Below the pieces are notes generated by a model that did not search any database, was not told where the DNA came from, and worked only from the letters and a program-made list of their open reading frames with translations. Of a DNA stretch of 36,279 bases, positions 35,244-36,279 are shown piece after piece. The translations under genes and the position numbers were made by a program. Position 1 is the stretch's first letter, and each line of letters begins with the position of its first letter. Source of the DNA: an uncultured Gammaproteobacteria bacterium (lineage in GTDB: Bacteria; Patescibacteriota; Patescibacteriia; JACRDY01); NCBI GenBank assembly GCA_964364745.1, contig CAYINJ010000002.1, positions 1 through 36,279 on the forward strand, written 5' to 3'.

Positions 35244-36279
35244 TTAGGTGGTTTTGGCTCGAGCGGCGACCTTTTTTATCTCGTCCTCTACTTCGGCCTT
35301 AATCGCGTTCATTGAGCTTTCCCCAATCTTAACGCCTTTCTCGCCAGCTACTCGCTTCATCATACTGACAATCTGTGATCCTAACACTTCCGTAATTTCC
35401 TGTTCATTAGAGAGGAGGTCAGCTAACGTGTCCGGCCGCAAATAACCAATATTCTTCTTGGCGTCATTACCCGTAAAGTTATTCTTCTGCATTTTCAGCC
35501 AAACCCGACCCTGGAGCTCAAGGTGGCGGGTGTTTTCGTCACCCACGGACATGATTTGAGTTGATTTGACCTGCCGCAGCTGGTTGGCCACCGTTCCGCC
35601 TTGGCCGACTAACTTGTTCAACGCCATGCGAGCGTTAATCTCCGGCGGGTGCTTGGTGAATGCCCCATCGGAGTATTTATAACCGGCCACAAAGTTGCTG
35701 TCGCCGTTTTGGTGGGCAACATAGGCCACGTTTTTCAGTAACGACATGCTGGCTTGATCGCCCATGCTGCCGCGCGCCACCATCTGCTCTTGGCGGAACG
35801 CCTCCAACCCTTTGACGTTGCCTTCATATCCCTGCATCGACAGCACTTCGCCTAATTTGCCGGTTTTGGCCGCTAGTTGCATCAAAATCCTGACTTCATT
35901 TTTGTTGGCGGACGCGATCGCCGATCCGAGCGCTTCAGTCATTTCATCCAAATCCAAACTTTGTTCTTCGAGCTGCTTCATCCGCTCACTGCTTCCTTCT
36001 CGGCCAGCCGCAGTGGCCATATCGGCCGAAGCTCCTGCCCATTTCCTGCGGCGTTCGGCAGCGGTACCGGCCTGTTCACTAAGCACCTGATCACGCCGCG
36101 CTGCTTGTTCATATTGCCGCTTCAGCGCGTCTTTATCCGCCCCGGGCTGCGTGGCGGCCAACTGCGCGGCGATGATTTGTCGTTCTTGATCTTTTTTGTT
36201 GTAAGCATCAATTGCGTTGATTCGCTGGGTCAAATCGTCCTCTCGTTTTTTAGCCGCCGGTCGTTGTTCTGTGACATCA
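35244..36279 (-). CDS. Hypothetical protein, 5'-truncated by the window edge
   Basis: The ORF-track start at 36233 is a TTG. The frame remains open (..DVTEQRPAAKKREDDL..) up to base 36279, so the gene probably starts outside the window. The visible N-terminal part is charged and coiled-coil-like. Confidence 0.7.
   Translation of the reverse strand, partial: DVTEQRPAAKKREDDLTQRINAIDAYNKKDQERQIIAAQLAATQPGADKDALKRQYEQAARRDQVLSEQAGTAAERRRKWAGASADMATAAGREGSSERMKQLEEQSLDLDEMTEALGSAIASANKNEVRILMQLAAKTGKLGEVLSMQGYEGNVKGLEAFRQEQMVARGSMGDQASMSLLKNVAYVAHQNGDSNFVAGYKYSDGAFTKHPPEINARMALNKLVGQGGTVANQLRQVKSTQIMSVGDENTRHLELQGRVWLKMQKNNFTGNDAKKNIGYLRPDTLADLLSNEQEITEVLGSQIVSMMKRVAGEKGVKIGESSMNAIKAEVEDEIKKVAARAKTT

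Noticed and set aside
1-36279. Alternative genetic code (UGA recoding, as in some candidate phyla) and CRISPR arrays.
   Set aside because: All conserved genes are intact under the standard code. TGA terminates pilin-module gene 2 directly before the next gene's signal peptide. The repeats present are irregular palindromes, not evenly spaced direct repeats with spacers.

Overview
This is a 36.3-kb chromosomal segment from a small-genome bacterium. Gene content and protein architectures look Patescibacteria/CPR-like, which is inference only. The standard genetic code applies: long intact ORFs, and TGA is used as a stop at 22649-22651.

Layout:
(1) 212-13391, minus strand, housekeeping block: membrane protein, dnaE (interrupted by a frameshift near 3415), small membrane protein, pheT, pheS, rseP-like M50 protease, murI and a phosphohexomutase. 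Between murI and the mutase lies a GC-rich, self-contained expression cassette (10992-11495) embedded in palindromic GC-rich repeats.
(2) 13430-24508, one co-directional plus-strand string: lemA, htpX, a polytopic membrane protein and a clpC-like AAA+ gene. These are followed by a membrane protein, a TolB-like beta-propeller protein and three tandem paralogs. Each paralog is built from a signal peptide plus a VirB2/TrbC-like two-helix 'pilin' module, fused to a 14-Cys domain, an Amidase_2 peptidoglycan amidase or a 3D (MltA-like) domain. The string ends with mpg.
(3) recG, tRNA-Arg(GCG), a membrane protein, tRNA-Ser(UGA), tRNA-Ser(GCU) with a duplicated 3' end, sodA and comF.
(4) 29116-36279, a minus-strand operon running off the right edge: a VirB4-like ATPase, a stand-alone VirB4-N-domain-like protein, a PrgI/VirB3-like protein, a possible VirB8-like protein and three large unknown proteins.

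I saw no rRNA, CRISPR array, transposase, integrase, relaxase or coupling protein.

The most interesting candidate is a bipartite, T4SS-related surface apparatus whose pilin-like modules are covalently fused to cell-wall hydrolases. All family assignments come from motif recognition by eye, and no searches were run.
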